Below are positions 49,820 to 64,000 of a DNA stretch of 64,000 nucleotides, one piece after another. The DNA is taken from the NCBI GenBank assembly GCA_051362555.1, contig CM120646.1, positions 10,044,001 to 10,108,000 on the forward strand, written 5' to 3'. Under the pieces are notes generated by a model. That model was not told the DNA's origin. It made no database searches and worked only from the letters and a program-made list of their open reading frames with translations. The position numbers and the translations under genes were made by a program. Within the stretch, counting starts at the first letter, position 1, and each line of letters starts with the position of its first letter. This DNA is from Lingula anatina. Taxonomy: Eukaryota; Animalia; Brachiopoda.

Positions 49820-52800
49820 TGCTTATCACTTCCTCTACATCTGGTACTGGTATAAGGAGAAGTCTTGAATGGGTATATATTGTTTTCCAGATGACAATTA
49901 TGGGTAATTTGCCACCTCTCACACAAACAAACAAATCATTACATTTGATGTTTCATGTCTGACTGAATTATGTGTTATAAAGTTGAATTTTCTTGGTAAT
50001 TCTAACACTTCTCATACAAATTGCCAATAAACAACATTTCTATTACACACAGTCAGTTGGTAAGCTTATCACAGATTTTTATTAATGTTAAACATCATTT
50101 GTCCAAATTTCACAAATATTGCACTAGATTCGTCAAAATTATTAACGTTTAACCATTTTATGCCATGGAATTTGCTCAACTTTTCAATGTAATTTTCATT
50201 TTTCTCAAATATATTGTCCAAAAAAATCTTTTTCATGGGACACAGTCAACTGATGAGCTAATCAGAGATTTTTATTGTTGTTAAACATCATTTGTCCAAA
50301 TTTCACTAATATTGCACCTGATTTGTCAAAATTATTAACATTTAACTATTTTAATCCATGGAATTTGCCAGTCTTTTCAATGTAATTTTCAGTTTTCTCA
50401 AATATCTTGTCCCAAAAAATCCTTTTCATTAGACACCATCTAATTATCACTTCCGTCTGCCTATCACTTCCTCTACATCTGGTATTGGTAGTAAGGAGCA
50501 GTCTTGAATGGGCATATATTGTTTCCCAGATGACAGTTATGGGTAATTTTCCACCTCTCACACAAACAAACACAAATCATAACATTTGCTGTTTCATTTG
50601 AGACAAAATTATATGTTGTAAAATTGGAAATAAATTTTTTGGTATTTCTAATTCATCTTAAACAAATTGCCAATAAACAACATTTCTATTACACACAGTC
50701 AATTGGTAAGCCTATCACAGATTTTAATTGGTGTCAAGCATCATTTGTCCAAATTTCACAAATATTGCACTTGATTGGTCAAAATTATTGACATTTAACT
50801 ATTTTAATCCATGGAATTTGCTGGTCTTTTCAATGTAATTTTCATTTTTCTCAAATATATTGTCCAAAAAATCTTTTTCATGGGACACAGTCAACTGATG
50901 AGCTTATCACAGATTTTTATTGATGTTAAGCATCATTTGTCCAAAGTTTACAAATATTGGAATAGATTTGTCAAAATTATTGACGTTTAACTATTTTAAT
51001 CCATGGAATTGCTAGTCTTTTCAATGTAATTTTTAGTTTTCTCAAATACATTGTCCAAAAAATCTATTTAATGGGTCATAGTCAACTGATGAGCTTATCA
51101 CAGATTTTTATTCATGTTAAACATCATTTGTCCTAAGTTCACAAATAGTAGACCAGATTTCTCAAAATTATTAACTTTTAACTATTTTAATCCATGGAAT
51201 TTGCCAGTCTTTTCAATGTAATTTTCAGTTTTCTCAAATATATTGTCCCAAAAAATCCTTTTCATTAGACACAATCAACTATAAAGCTTAACTTTATCAA
51301 AATTATTAATGTTTAAGTATTTTAGCCTGTCAAATTAGTCACTTTTTATAATTTAATTTTCACTTTTTTCAAATTATATATTGTTCTTTTTCCAGGTGAC
51401 TCTTTCCATACAGCGTGGTGGCTTCTTAGTTAACTAATACTTTCTGTCTGGTCATGGCTAATTCCTATAGAAAAAGCAGGCAGTGAAAGACAGTAGCAAG
51501 AAGAAAGCTATGTCTCATCCATGTGTACAATACATGGTATGTGGCAAGATTTAGGACATTGTCAAATGGTGTGCTTAACCCTGATTCCAGAAACCCATTG
51601 CAAGGAGGAATCTGCATCTGGTATTGGTAGTAAGGAGCAGGCTTGAATGGACATATATTGGTTTCCAGATGACAGTTATGGGTAATTTTCCACCTCTCAC
51701 ACAAACAAACAAATCATAACATTTGCTTTTTCATTTGAAACTAAATTATATGTTGTAAAATTGGAAATAATTTATTCGGTATTTCTAATTCTTCTTATAC
51801 ATATTGCCAATAAACAACATTTCTATTACACACAGTCTGTTGGTAAGCTTATCACAGATTTTTATTGGTGTTAAGCATCATTTGTCCAAATTTCACTAAT
51901 ATTGGACCTGATTTGTCAAAATTATTAACGTTTAACTATTTTAATCCATGGAATTTGCTAGTCTTTTCAATGTAATTTTCAGTTTTCTCAAATATATTGT
52001 CCAAAAAAATCTTTTTCATTGGTCACAGTCAACTGATGAGCTTATCACAGATTTTTATTGATGTTAAGCATCATTTGACCAAATTTTACAAATATTGGAC
52101 CTGATTTGTCAAAATAATTAACTTTTAACTATTTTAATCCATGGAATTTGCTAGTCTTTTCAATGTAATTTTCAGTTTTCTCAAATATATTGTCCAAAAA
52201 AATCTTTTTCATGGGTCACAGTCAACTGATGAGCTTATCACAGATTTTTATTCATGTTAAACATCATTTGTCCTAAGTTCACAAATAGTAGACCAGATTT
52301 CTCAAAATTATTAACTTTTCACTATTTTAATCCATGGAATTTGCCATTCTTTTCAATGTAATTTTCAGTTTTCTCAAATATATTGTCCAAAAAAATCTTT
52401 TTCATTGGTCACAGTCAACTGATGAGCTTATCACAGATTTTTATTGATGTTAAGCATCATTTGACCAAATTTTACAAATATTGGACCTGATTTGTCAAAA
52501 TAATTAACTTTTAACTATTTTAATCCATGGAATTTGCCAGTCTTTTCAATGTAATTTTCAGTTTTCTCAAATATATTGTCCAAAAAAATCTTTTTCATGG
52601 TTCACAGTCAACTGATGAGCTTATCACATATTTTTATTGTTGTTAAGCATCATTTGTCCAAATTTCACTAATATTGGACCTGATTTGTCAAAATTATTAA
52701 CGTTTAACTATTTTAATCCATGGAATTTGCTAGTCTTTTCAATGTAATTTTCAGTTTTCTCAAATATATTGTCCAAAAAAATCTTTTTCATGGTTCACAG

Positions 52801-55800
52801 TCAACTGATGAGCTTATCACAGATTTTTATTGATGTTAAGCATCATTTGCCCAAATTTCACAAATATTAGACGAGATTTGTCAAAATTATTAACTTTTAA
52901 CTATTTTAATCCATGGAATTTGCCAGTCTTTTGAATGTAATTTTCAGTTTTCTCAAATATATTGTCCCAAAAAATCCTTTTCATTAGACACAGTCAACTA
53001 TTAAGCTTAACTTTATCAAAATTATTAATGTTTAAGTATTTTAGCTTGTTAAATTAGTCACTTTTTATAATTTAATTTTCACTTTTTTTCAAATTATATA
53101 TTGTTCTTTTTCCAGGTGACTCTTTCCATACAGCGTGGTGGCTTCTTGGTTAACTAATACTTTCTGTCTGGTCATGGCTAATTCCTATAGAAAAAGCAGG
53201 CAGTGAAAGACAGTAGCAAGAGGAAAGCTATGTCTCATCCATGTGTACAATAGATGGTATGTGGCAAGATTTAGGACATTGTCAAATGGTGTGCTTAACC
53301 CTGATTCCAGAAACCCATTGCAAGGAGGAATCTGCATCTGGTATTGGAAGTAAGGAGCAGTCTTGAATGGGCATATATTGTTTTCCAGATGACAGTTATG
53401 GGTAATTTTCCACCTCTCACACAAACAAACACAAATCATAACATTTGCTTTTTCATTTGAGACTAAATTATATGTTGTAAAATTGGAAATAATTTATTCG
53501 GTATTTCTAATTCTTCTTATACATATTGCCAATAAACAACATTTCTATTACACACAGTCTGTTGGTAAGCTTATCACAGATTTTTATTGATGTTAAGCAT
53601 CATTTGTCCAGATTTCACAAAAATTAGACCAGATTTGTCAAAATTATTAACTTTTAACTATTTTAATCCATGGAATTTGCCAGTCTTTTCAATGTAGTTT
53701 TCAGTTTTCTCAAATATATTGTCCAAAAAAATCTTTTTTATGGGTCACAGTCAACTGATAAGCTTATCACAGATTTTTATTGATGTTAAGCATCATTTGT
53801 CCAAATTTTACAAATATTGGACCTGATTTGTCAAAATTATTAACGTTTAACTATTTTAATCCATGGAATTTGCTAGTCTTTTCAATGTAATTTTCAGTTT
53901 TCTCAAATATATTGTCCAAAAAAATCTTTTTCATGGGTCACAGTCAACTGATAAGCTTATCACAGATTTTTATTGATGTTAAGCATCATTTATCCAAATT
54001 TCACAAATATTAGACCAGATTTGTCAAAATTATTAACTTTTAACTATTTTAATCCATGGAATTTGCCAGTCTTTTCAATGTAATATTCAGTTTTCTCAAA
54101 TATATTGTCCATAAAAATCTTTTTCATGGGTCACAGTCAACTGATGAGCTTATCACAGATCTTTATTGATGTTAAGCATCATTTGTCCAGATTTCACAAA
54201 AATTAGACCAGATTTGTCAAAATTATTAACTTTTAACTATTTTAATCCATGGAATTTGCCAGTCTTTTCAATGTAGTTTTCAGTTTTCTCAAATATCTTG
54301 TCCAAAAAAATCTTTTTCATTGGTCACAGTCAACTGATGAGCTTATCTCAGATTTTTATTGATGTTAAGCATCATTTGTCCAAATTTTACAAATATTGGA
54401 CCTGATTTGTCAAAATTATTAACGTTTAACTATTTTAATCCATGGAATTTGCTAGTCTTTTCAATGTAATTTTCAGTTTTCTCAAATGTATTGTCCAAAA
54501 AAATCTTTTTCATGGGTCACAGTCCACTGATAAGCTTATCACAGATTTTTATTGATGTTAAGCATCATTTGTCCAAATTTTACAAATATTGGACCTGATT
54601 TGTCAAAATTATTAACGTTTAACTATTTTAATCCATGGAATTTGCTAGTCTTTTCAATGTAATTTTCAGTTTTCTCAAATATATTGTCCAAAAAAATCTT
54701 TTTCATGGGTCACAGTCAACTGATAAGCTTATCACAGATTTTTATTGATGTTAAGCATCATTTATCCAAATTTCACAAATATTAGACCAGATTTGTCAAA
54801 ATTATTAACTTTTAACTATTTTAATCCATGGAATTTGCCAGTCTTTTCAATGTAATATTCAGTTTTCTCAAATATATTGTCCATAAAAATCTTTTTCATG
54901 GGTCACAGTCAACTATAAAGCTTAACTTTATCAAAATTATTAATGTTTAAGTATTTTATCTTGTTAAATTAGTCACTTTTTATAATGTAATTTTCACTTT
55001 TTTTCAAATTATATATTGTTCTTTTTCCAGGTGACTCTTTCCATACAGCGTGGTGGCTTCTTGGTTAACTAATACTTTCTGTCTGGTCATGGCTAATTCC
55101 TATAGAAAAAGCAGGCAGTGAAAGACAGTAGCAAGAGGAAAGCTATGTCTCATCCATGTGTACAATAGATGGTATGTGGCAAGATTTAGGACATTGTCAA
55201 ATGGTGTGCTTAACCCTGATTCCAGAAACCCATTGCAAGGAGGAATCTGCATCTGGTATTGGTAGTAAGGAGCAGTCTTGAATGGGCATATATTGTTTTC
55301 CAGATGACAGTTATGGGTAATTTTCCACCTCTCACACAAACAAACACAAATCATAACATTTGCTTTTTCATTTGAGACTAAATTATATGTTGTAAAATTG
55401 GAAATAATTTTTTCGGTATTTCTAATTCTTCTTATACAAATTGCCAATAAACAACATTTCTATTACACACAGTCTGTTGGTAAGCTGATCACAGATTTTT
55501 ATTGGTGTCAAGCATCATTTGTCCAAATTTCACTAATATTGGACCTGATTTGTCAAAATTATTAACGTTTAACTATTTTAATCCATGGAATTTGCTAGTC
55601 TTTTCAATGTAATTTTCAGTTTTCTCAAATATATTGTCCAAAAAAATCTTTTTCATGGGACACAGTCAACTGATGAGCTTATCACAGATTTTTATTGGGG
55701 CTAAGCATCATTTGTCCAAATTTCACTAATATTGGACCTGATTTATCAAAATTATTAACATTTAACTATTTTAATGCATGGAATTTGCTAGTCTTTTCAA

Positions 55801-58800
55801 TGTAATTTTCAGTTTTCTCAAATATATTGTCCAAAAAAATCTTTTTCATGGGTCATAGTCAACTGATGAGCTTATCACAGATATTTATTGATGTTAAGCA
55901 TCATTTGTCCAAATTTTACAAATTTTGAACCTGATTTCTCAAAATTATTAACTTTTAACTATTTTAATCCATGGAATTTGTTAGTCTTTTCAATGTAATT
56001 TTCAGTTTTCTCAAATATATTGTCCAAAAAAATCTTTTTCATGGGTCACAGTCAACTGATGAGCTTAACACAGATTTTTATTGATGTTAAGCATCATTTG
56101 CCCAAATTTCACAAATATTAGACCAGATTTTTCAAAATAATTAATGTTTAACTATTGTAATCCATGGAATTTGCTAGTCTTTTCAATGTAATTTTCAGTT
56201 TTCTCAAATATATTGTCCAAAAAATCTTTTTCATGGGTCACAGTCAACTGATGAGCTTATCACAGATTTTTATTGATGTTAAGCATCATTTGCCCAAATT
56301 TCACAAATATTAGACGAGATTTGTCAAAATTATTAACATTTAAGTATTTTAATGCATGGAATTTGCTAGTCTTTTCAATGTAATTTTCAGTTTTGTCAAA
56401 TACATTGTCCAAAAAAATCTTTTTCATGGGTCACAGTCAACTTATGAGCTAATCACAGATTTTTATTGATGTTAAGCATCATTTGTCCAGATTTCACAAA
56501 AATTAGACCAGATTTGTCAAAATTATTAACTTTTAACTATTTTAATCCATGGAATTTGCCAGTCTTTTCAATGTAGTTTTCAGTTTTCTCAAATATCTTG
56601 TCCAAAAAAATCTTTTTCATTGGTCACAGTCAACTGATGAGCTTATCTCAGATTTTTATTGATGTTAAGCATCATTTGTCCAAATTTCACTAATATTGGA
56701 CCTGATTTGTCAAAATTATTAACGTTTAACTATTTTAATCCATGGAATTTGCTAGTCTTTTCAATGTAATTTTCAGTTTTCTCAAATATATTGTCCAAAA
56801 AAATCTTTTTCATGGGTCACAGTCAACTGATAAGCTTATCACAGATTTTTATTGATGTTAAGCATCATTTATCCAAATTTCACAAATATTAGACCAGATT
56901 TGTCAAAATTATTAACTTTTAACTATTTTAATCCATGGAATTTGCCAGTCTTTTGAATGTAATTTTCAGTTTTCTCAAATGTATTGTCCCAAAAAATCCT
57001 TTTCATTAGACACAGTCAACTATTAAGCTTAACTTTATCAAAATTATTAATGTTTAAGTATTTTAGCTTGTTAAATTAGTCACTTTTTATAATTTAATTT
57101 TCACTTTTTTTCAAATTATATATTGTTCTTTTTCCAGGTGACTCTTTCCATACAGCGTGGTGGCTTCTTGGTTAACTAATACTTTCTGTCTGGTCATGGC
57201 TAATTCCTATAGAAAAAGCAGGCAGTGAAAGACAGTAGCAAGAGGAAAGCTATGTCTCATCCATGTGTACAATAGATGGTATGTGGCAAGATTTAGGACA
57301 TTGTCAAATGGTGTGCTTAACCCTGATTCCAGAAACCCATTGCAAGGAGGAATCTGCATCTGGTATTGGAAGTAAGGAGCAGTCTTGAATGGGCATATAT
57401 TGTTTTCCAGATGACAGTTATGGGTAATTTTCCACCTCTCACACAAACAAACACAAATCATAACATTTGCTTTTTCATTTGAGACTAAATTATATGTTGT
57501 AAAATTGGAAATAATTTATTCGGTATTTCTAATTCTTCTTATACATATTGCCAATAAACAACATTTCTATTACACACAGTCTGTTGGTAAGCTTATCACA
57601 GATTTTTATTGATTTTAAGCATCATTTGTCCAGATTTCACAAAAATTAGACCAGATTTGTCAAAATTATTAACTTTTAACTATTTTAATCCATGGAATTT
57701 GCCAGTCTTTTCAATGTAGTTTTCAGTTTTCTCAAATATCTTGTCCAAAAAAATCTTTTTCATTGGTCACAGTCAACTGATGAGCTTATCTCAGATTTTT
57801 ATTGATGTTAAGCATCATTTGTCCAAATTTTACAAATATTGGACCTGATTTGTCAAAATTATTAACGTTTAACTATTTTAATCCATGGAATTTGCTAGTC
57901 TTTTCAATGTAATTTTCAGTTTTCTCAAATATATTGTCCAAAAAAATCTTTTTTATGGGTCACAGTCAACTGATAAGCTTATCACAGATTTTTATTGATG
58001 TTAAGCATCATTTGTCCAAATTTTACAAATATTGGACCTGATTTGTCAAAATTATTAACGTTTAACTATTTTAATCCATGGAATTTGCTAGTCTTTTCAA
58101 TGTAATTTTCAGTTTTCTCAAATATATTGTCCAAAAAAATCTTTTTCATGGGTCACAGTCAACTGATAAGCTTATCACAGATTTTTATTGATGTTAAGCA
58201 TCATTTATCCAAATTTCACAAATATTAGACCAGATTTGTCAAAATTATTAACTTTTAACTATTTTAATCCATGGAATTTGCCAGTCTTTTCAATGTAATA
58301 TTCAGTTTTCTCAAATATATTGTCCATAAAAATCTTTTTCATGGGTCACAGTCAACTGATGAGCTTATCACAGATCTTTATTGATGTTAAGCATCATTTG
58401 TCCAGATTTCACACAAAATTAGACCAGATTTGTCAAAATTATTAACTTTTAACTATTTTAATCCATGGAATTTGCCAGTCTTTTCAATGTAGTTTTCAGT
58501 TTTCTCAAATATCTTGTCCAAAAAAATCTTTTTCATTGGTCACAGTCAACTGATGAGCTTATCTCAGATTTTTATTGATGTTAAGCATCATTTGTCCAAA
58601 TTTTACAAATATTGGACCTGATTTGTCAAAATTATTAACGTTTAACTATTTTAATCCATGGAATTTGCTAGTCTTTTCAATGTAATTTTCAGTTTTCTCA
58701 AATATATTGTCCAAAAAAATCTTTTTCATGGGTCACAGTCAACTGATGAGCTTATCTCAGATTTTTATTGATGTTAAGCATCATTTGTCCAAATTTTACA

Positions 58801-61800
58801 AATATTGGACCTGATTTGTCAAAATTATTAACGTTTAACTATTTTAATCCATGGAATTTGCTAGTCTTTTCAATGTAATTTTCAGTTTTCTCAAATATAT
58901 TGTCCAAAAAAATCTTTTTCATGGGTCACAGTCAACTGATAAGCTTATCACAGATTTTTATTGATGTTAAGCATCATTTATCCAAATTTCACAAATATTA
59001 GACCAGATTTGTCAAAATTATTAACTTTTAACTATTTTAATCCATGGAATTTGCCAGTCTTTTCAATGTAATATTCAGTTTTCTCAAATATATTGTCCAT
59101 AAAAATCTTTTTCATGGGTCACAGTCAACTATAAAGCTTAACTTTATCAAAATTATTAATGTTTAAGTATTTTATCTTGTTAAATTAGTCACTTTTTATA
59201 ATGTAATTTTCACTTTTTTTCAAATTATATATTGTTCTTTTTCCAGGTGACTCTTTCCATACAGCGTGGTGGCTTCTTGGTTAACTAATACTTTCTGTCT
59301 GGTCATGGCTAATTCCTATAGAAAAAGCAGGCAGTGAAAGACAGTAGCAAGAGGAAAGCTATGTCTCATCCATGTGTACAATAGATGGTATGTGGCAAGA
59401 TTTAGGACATTGTCAAATGGTGTGCTTAACCCTGATTCCAGAAACCCATTGCAAGGAGGAATCTGCATCTGGTATTGGTAGTAAGGAGCAGTCTTGAATG
59501 GGCATATATTGTTTTCCAGATGACAGTTATGGGTAATTTTCCACCTCTCACACAAACAAACACAAATCATAACATTTGCTTTTTCATTTGAGACTAAATT
59601 ATATGTTGTAAAATTGGAAATAATTTTTTCGGTATTTCTAATTCTTCTTATACATATTGCCAATAAACAACATTTCTATTACACACAGTCTGTTGGTAAG
59701 CTTATCACAGATTTTTATTGATTTTAAGCATCATTTGTCCAGATTTCACAAAAATTAGACCAGATTTGTCAAAATTATTAACTTTTAACTATTTTAATCC
59801 ATGGAATTTGCCAGTCTTTTCAATGTAGTTTTCAGTTTTCTCAAATATCTTGTCCAAAAAAATCTTTTTCATTGGTCACAGTCAACTGATGAGCTTATCT
59901 CAGATTTTTATTGATGTTAAGCATCATTTGTCCAAATTTTACAAATATTGGACCTGATTTGTCAAAATTATTAACGTTTAACTATTTTAATCCATGGAAT
60001 TTGCTAGTCTTTTCAATGTAATTTTCAGTTTTCTCAAATATATTGTCCAAAAAAATCTTTTTTATGGGTCACAGTCAACTGATAAGCTTATCACAGATTT
60101 TTATTGATGTTAAGCATCATTTGTCCAAATTTTACAAATATTGGACCTGATTTGTCAAAATTATTAACGTTTAACTATTTTAATCCATGGAATTTGCTAG
60201 TCTTTTCAATGTAATTTTCAGTTTTCTCAAATATATTGTCCAAAAAAATCTTTTTCATGGGTCACAGTCAACTGATAAGCTTATCACAGATTTTTATTGA
60301 TGTTAAGCATCATTTATCCAAATTTCACAAATATTAGACCAGATTTGTCAAAATTATTAACTTTTAACTATTTTAATCCATGGAATTTGCCAGTCTTTTC
60401 AATGTAATATTCAGTTTTCTCAAATATATTGTCCATAAAAATCTTTTTCATGGGTCACAGTCAACTGATGAGCTTATCACAGATCTTTATTGATGTTAAG
60501 CATCATTTGTCCAGATTTCACACAAAATTAGACCAGATTTGTCAAAATTATTAACTTTTAACTATTTTAATCCATGGAATTTGCCAGTCTTTTCAATGTA
60601 GTTTTCAGTTTTCTCAAATATCTTGTCCAAAAAAATCTTTTTCATTGGTCACAGTCAACTGATGAGCTTATCTCAGATTTTTATTGATGTTAAGCATCAT
60701 TTGTCCAAATTTTACAAATATTGGACCTGATTTGTCAAAATTATTAACGTTTAACTATTTTAATCCATGGAATTTGCTAGTCTTTTCAATGTAATTTTCA
60801 GTTTTCTCAAATATATTGTCCAAAAAAATCTTTTTCATGGGTCACAGTCAACTGATGAGCTTATCTCAGATTTTTATTGATGTTAAGCATCATTTGTCCA
60901 AATTTTACAAATATTGGACCTGATTTGTCAAAATTATTAACGTTTAACTATTTTAATCCATGGAATTTGCTAGTCTTTTCAATGTAATTTTCAGTTTTCT
61001 CAAATATATTGTCCAAAAAAATCTTTTTCATGGGTCACAGTCAACTGATAAGCTTATCACAGATTTTTATTGATGTTAAGCATCATTTATCCAAATTTCA
61101 CAAATATTAGACCAGATTTGTCAAAATTATTAACTTTTAACTATTTTAATCCATGGAATTTGCCAGTCTTTTCAATGTAATATTCAGTTTTCTCAAATAT
61201 ATTGTCCATAAAAATCTTTTTCATGGGTCACAGTCAACTATAAAGCTTAACTTTATCAAAATTATTAATGTTTAAGTATTTTATCTTGTTAAATTAGTCA
61301 CTTTTTATAATGTAATTTTCACTTTTTTTCAAATTATATATTGTTCTTTTTCCAGGTGACTCTTTCCATACAGCGTGGTGGCTTCTTGGTTAACTAATAC
61401 TTTCTGTCTGGTCATGGCTAATTCCTATAGAAAAAGCAGGCAGTGAAAGACAGTAGCAAGAGGAAAGCTATGTCTCATCCATGTGTACAATAGATGGTAT
61501 GTGGCAAGATTTAGGACATTGTCAAATGGTGTGCTTAACCCTGATTCCAGAAACCCATTGCAAGGAGGAATCTGCATCTGGTATTGGTAGTAAGGAGCAG
61601 TCTTGAATGGGCATATATTGTTTTCCAGATGACAGTTATGGGTAATTTTCCACCTCTCACACAAACAAACACAAATCATAACATTTGCTTTTTCATTTGA
61701 GACTAAATTATATGTTGTAAAATTGGAAATAATTTTTTCGGTATTTCTAATTCTTCTTATACATATTGCCAATAAACAACATTTCTATTACACACAGTCT

Positions 61801-64000
61801 GTTGGTAAGCTTATCACAGATTTTTATTGATTTTAAGCATCATTTGTCCAGATTTCACAAAAATTAGACCAGATTTGTCAAAATTATTAACTTTTAACTA
61901 TTTTAATCCATGGAATTTGCCAGTCTTTTCAATGTAGTTTTCAGTTTTCTCAAATATCTTGTCCAAAAAAATCTTTTTCATTGGTCACAGTCAACTGATG
62001 AGCTTATCTCAGATTTTTATTGATGTTAAGCATCATTTGTCCAAATTTTACAAATATTGGACCTGATTTGTCAAAATTATTAACGTTTAACTATTTTAAT
62101 CCATGGAATTTGCTAGTCTTTTCAATGTAATTTTCAGTTTTCTCAAATATATTGTCCAAAAAAATCTTTTTTATGGGTCACAGTCAACTGATAAGCTTAT
62201 CACAGATTTTTATTGATGTTAAGCATCATTTGTCCAAATTTTACAAATATTGGACCTGATTTGTCAAAATTATTAACGTTTAACTATTTTAATCCATGGA
62301 ATTTGCTAGTCTTTTCAATGTAATTTTCAGTTTTCTCAAATATATTGTCCAAAAAAATCTTTTTCATGGGTCACAGTCAACTGATAAGCTTATCACAGAT
62401 TTTTATTGATGTTAAGCATCATTTATCCAAATTTCACAAATATTAGACCAGATTTGTCAAAATTATTAACTTTTAACTATTTTAATCCATGGAATTTGCC
62501 AGTCTTTTCAATGTAATATTCAGTTTTCTCAAATATATTGTCCATAAAAATCTTTTTCATGGGTCACAGTCAACTGATGAGCTTATCACAGATCTTTATT
62601 GATGTTAAGCATCATTTGTCCAGATTTCACACAAAATTAGACCAGATTTGTCAAAATTATTAACTTTTAACTATTTTAATCCATGGAATTTGCCAGTCTT
62701 TTCAATGTAGTTTTCAGTTTTCTCAAATATCTTGTCCAAAAAAATCTTTTTCATTGGTCACAGTCAACTGATGAGCTTATCTCAGATTTTTATTGATGTT
62801 AAGCATCATTTGTCCAAATTTTACAAATATTGGACCTGATTTGTCAAAATTATTAACGTTTAACTATTTTAATCCATGGAATTTGCTAGTCTTTTCAATG
62901 TAATTTTCAGTTTTCTCAAATATATTGTCCAAAAAAATCTTTTTCATGGGTCACAGTCAACTGATGAGCTTATCTCAGATTTTTATTGATGTTAAGCATC
63001 ATTTGTCCAAATTTTACAAATATTGGACCTGATTTGTCAAAATTATTAACGTTTAACTATTTTAATCCATGGAATTTGCTAGTCTTTTCAATGTAATTTT
63101 CAGTTTTCTCAAATATATTGTCCAAAAAAATCTTTTTCATGGGTCACAGTCAACTGATAAGCTTATCACAGATTTTTATTGATGTTAAGCATCATTTATC
63201 CAAATTTCACAAATATTAGACCAGATTTGTCAAAATTATTAACTTTTAACTATTTTAATCCATGGAATTTGCCAGTCTTTTCAATGTAATATTCAGTTTT
63301 CTCAAATATATTGTCCATAAAAATCTTTTTCATGGGTCACAGTCAACTATAAAGCTTAACTTTATCAAAATTATTAATGTTTAAGTATTTTATCTTGTTA
63401 AATTAGTCACTTTTTATAATGTAATTTTCACTTTTTTTCAAATTATATATTGTTCTTTTTCCAGGTGACTCTTTCCATACAGCGTGGTGGCTTCTTGGTT
63501 AACTAATACTTTCTGTCTGGTCATGGCTAATTCCTATAGAAAAAGCAGGCAGTGAAAGACAGTAGCAAGAGGAAAGCTATGTCTCATCCATGTGTACAAT
63601 AGATGGTATGTGGCAAGATTTAGGACATTGTCAAATGGTGTGCTTAACCCTGATTCCAGAAACCCATTGCAAGGAGGAATCTGCATCTGGTATTGGTAGT
63701 AAGGAGCAGTCTTGAATGGGCATATATTGTTTTCCAGATGACAGTTATGGGTAATTTTCCACCTCTCACACAAACAAACACAAATCATAACATTTGCTTT
63801 TTCATTTGAGACTAAATTATATGTTGTAAAATTGGAAATAATTTTTTCGGTATTTCTAATTCTTCTTATACAAATTGCCAATAAACAACATTTCTATTAC
63901 ACACAGTCTGTTGGTAAGCTTATCAGATTTTTATTGGTGTCAAGCATCATTTGTCCAAATTTCACTAATATTGGACCTGATTTGTCAAAATTATTAACGT
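49820..64000 (+). repeat. Composite higher-order satellite: blocks of 193-bp AT-rich monomers separated by a ~563-bp spacer; runs off the right edge
   Basis: Monomer period 193 (CTTATC at 52041, 52234, 52427, 52620). Spacer landmark TTCCAG|GTGAC at 51395, 53115, 55030, 57137, 59246, 61355 and 63464 gives periods of 1720, 1915, 2107, 2109, 2109 and 2109. Confidence 0.97.

Noticed and set aside
52034-52106. Tandem C/D-box snoRNAs (TGATGA...CTGA ~70 nt apart) in monomers
   Set aside because: Both boxes vary freely among monomers (TGATAA, CAGA, GAGA), the terminal stem is weak and no target was recognised; small-RNA-seq could reopen this
52030-52110. Hammerhead ribozyme in the 193-bp monomer (CTGATGA)
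   Set aside because: The GCTTA/TAAGC hairpin is followed by ATCA, not GAAA, and many monomers have CTGATAA
51465-63881. Repeated minus-strand ORFs (79-115 aa, ..IPPCNGFLESGLSTPFDNVLNL..)
   Set aside because: They recur only because the spacer is repeated. They use non-ATG or variable starts, are frameshifted in edge copies, and show no recognisable domain.
49820-64000. CRISPR-like repeat-spacer array
   Set aside because: Eukaryotic context, 193-bp repeats, near-identical rather than unique spacers, and no cas genes

Overview
AT-rich, repeat-dense animal genomic DNA with spliceosomal introns. The repeat repertoire suggests an echinoderm-like marine invertebrate (inference only). Most short ORFs in the supplied track are spurious. 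Genes: (1) the 5' part of a minus-strand proprotein convertase, PCSK7/PC7-like, with four spliced coding exons at 574-4544 that continue off the left edge and an unusually long prodomain; (2) a single-coding-exon class A GPCR at 34900-35889 (+); (3) a small minus-strand gene missed by the ORF track, with TATA/Inr and a signal-peptide exon near 19.6-19.9 kb; (4) a tentative + strand set of phase-1 exons at 44.3-48 kb that leads into a satellite. The rest is non-autonomous TIR elements (PIF/Harbinger-like with 3-bp TSDs, Tc1/mariner-like, a 5-bp-TSD foldback, a 42-bp palindrome with a 7-bp TSD, and one triple-nested stack), a Helentron-type element, and decayed RTE, L2 and mariner remnants. One RTE 5' end carries a candidate HDV-like ribozyme. 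The last ~14 kb is a composite higher-order satellite in which blocks of 193-bp monomers alternate with a ~563-bp exon-like spacer.
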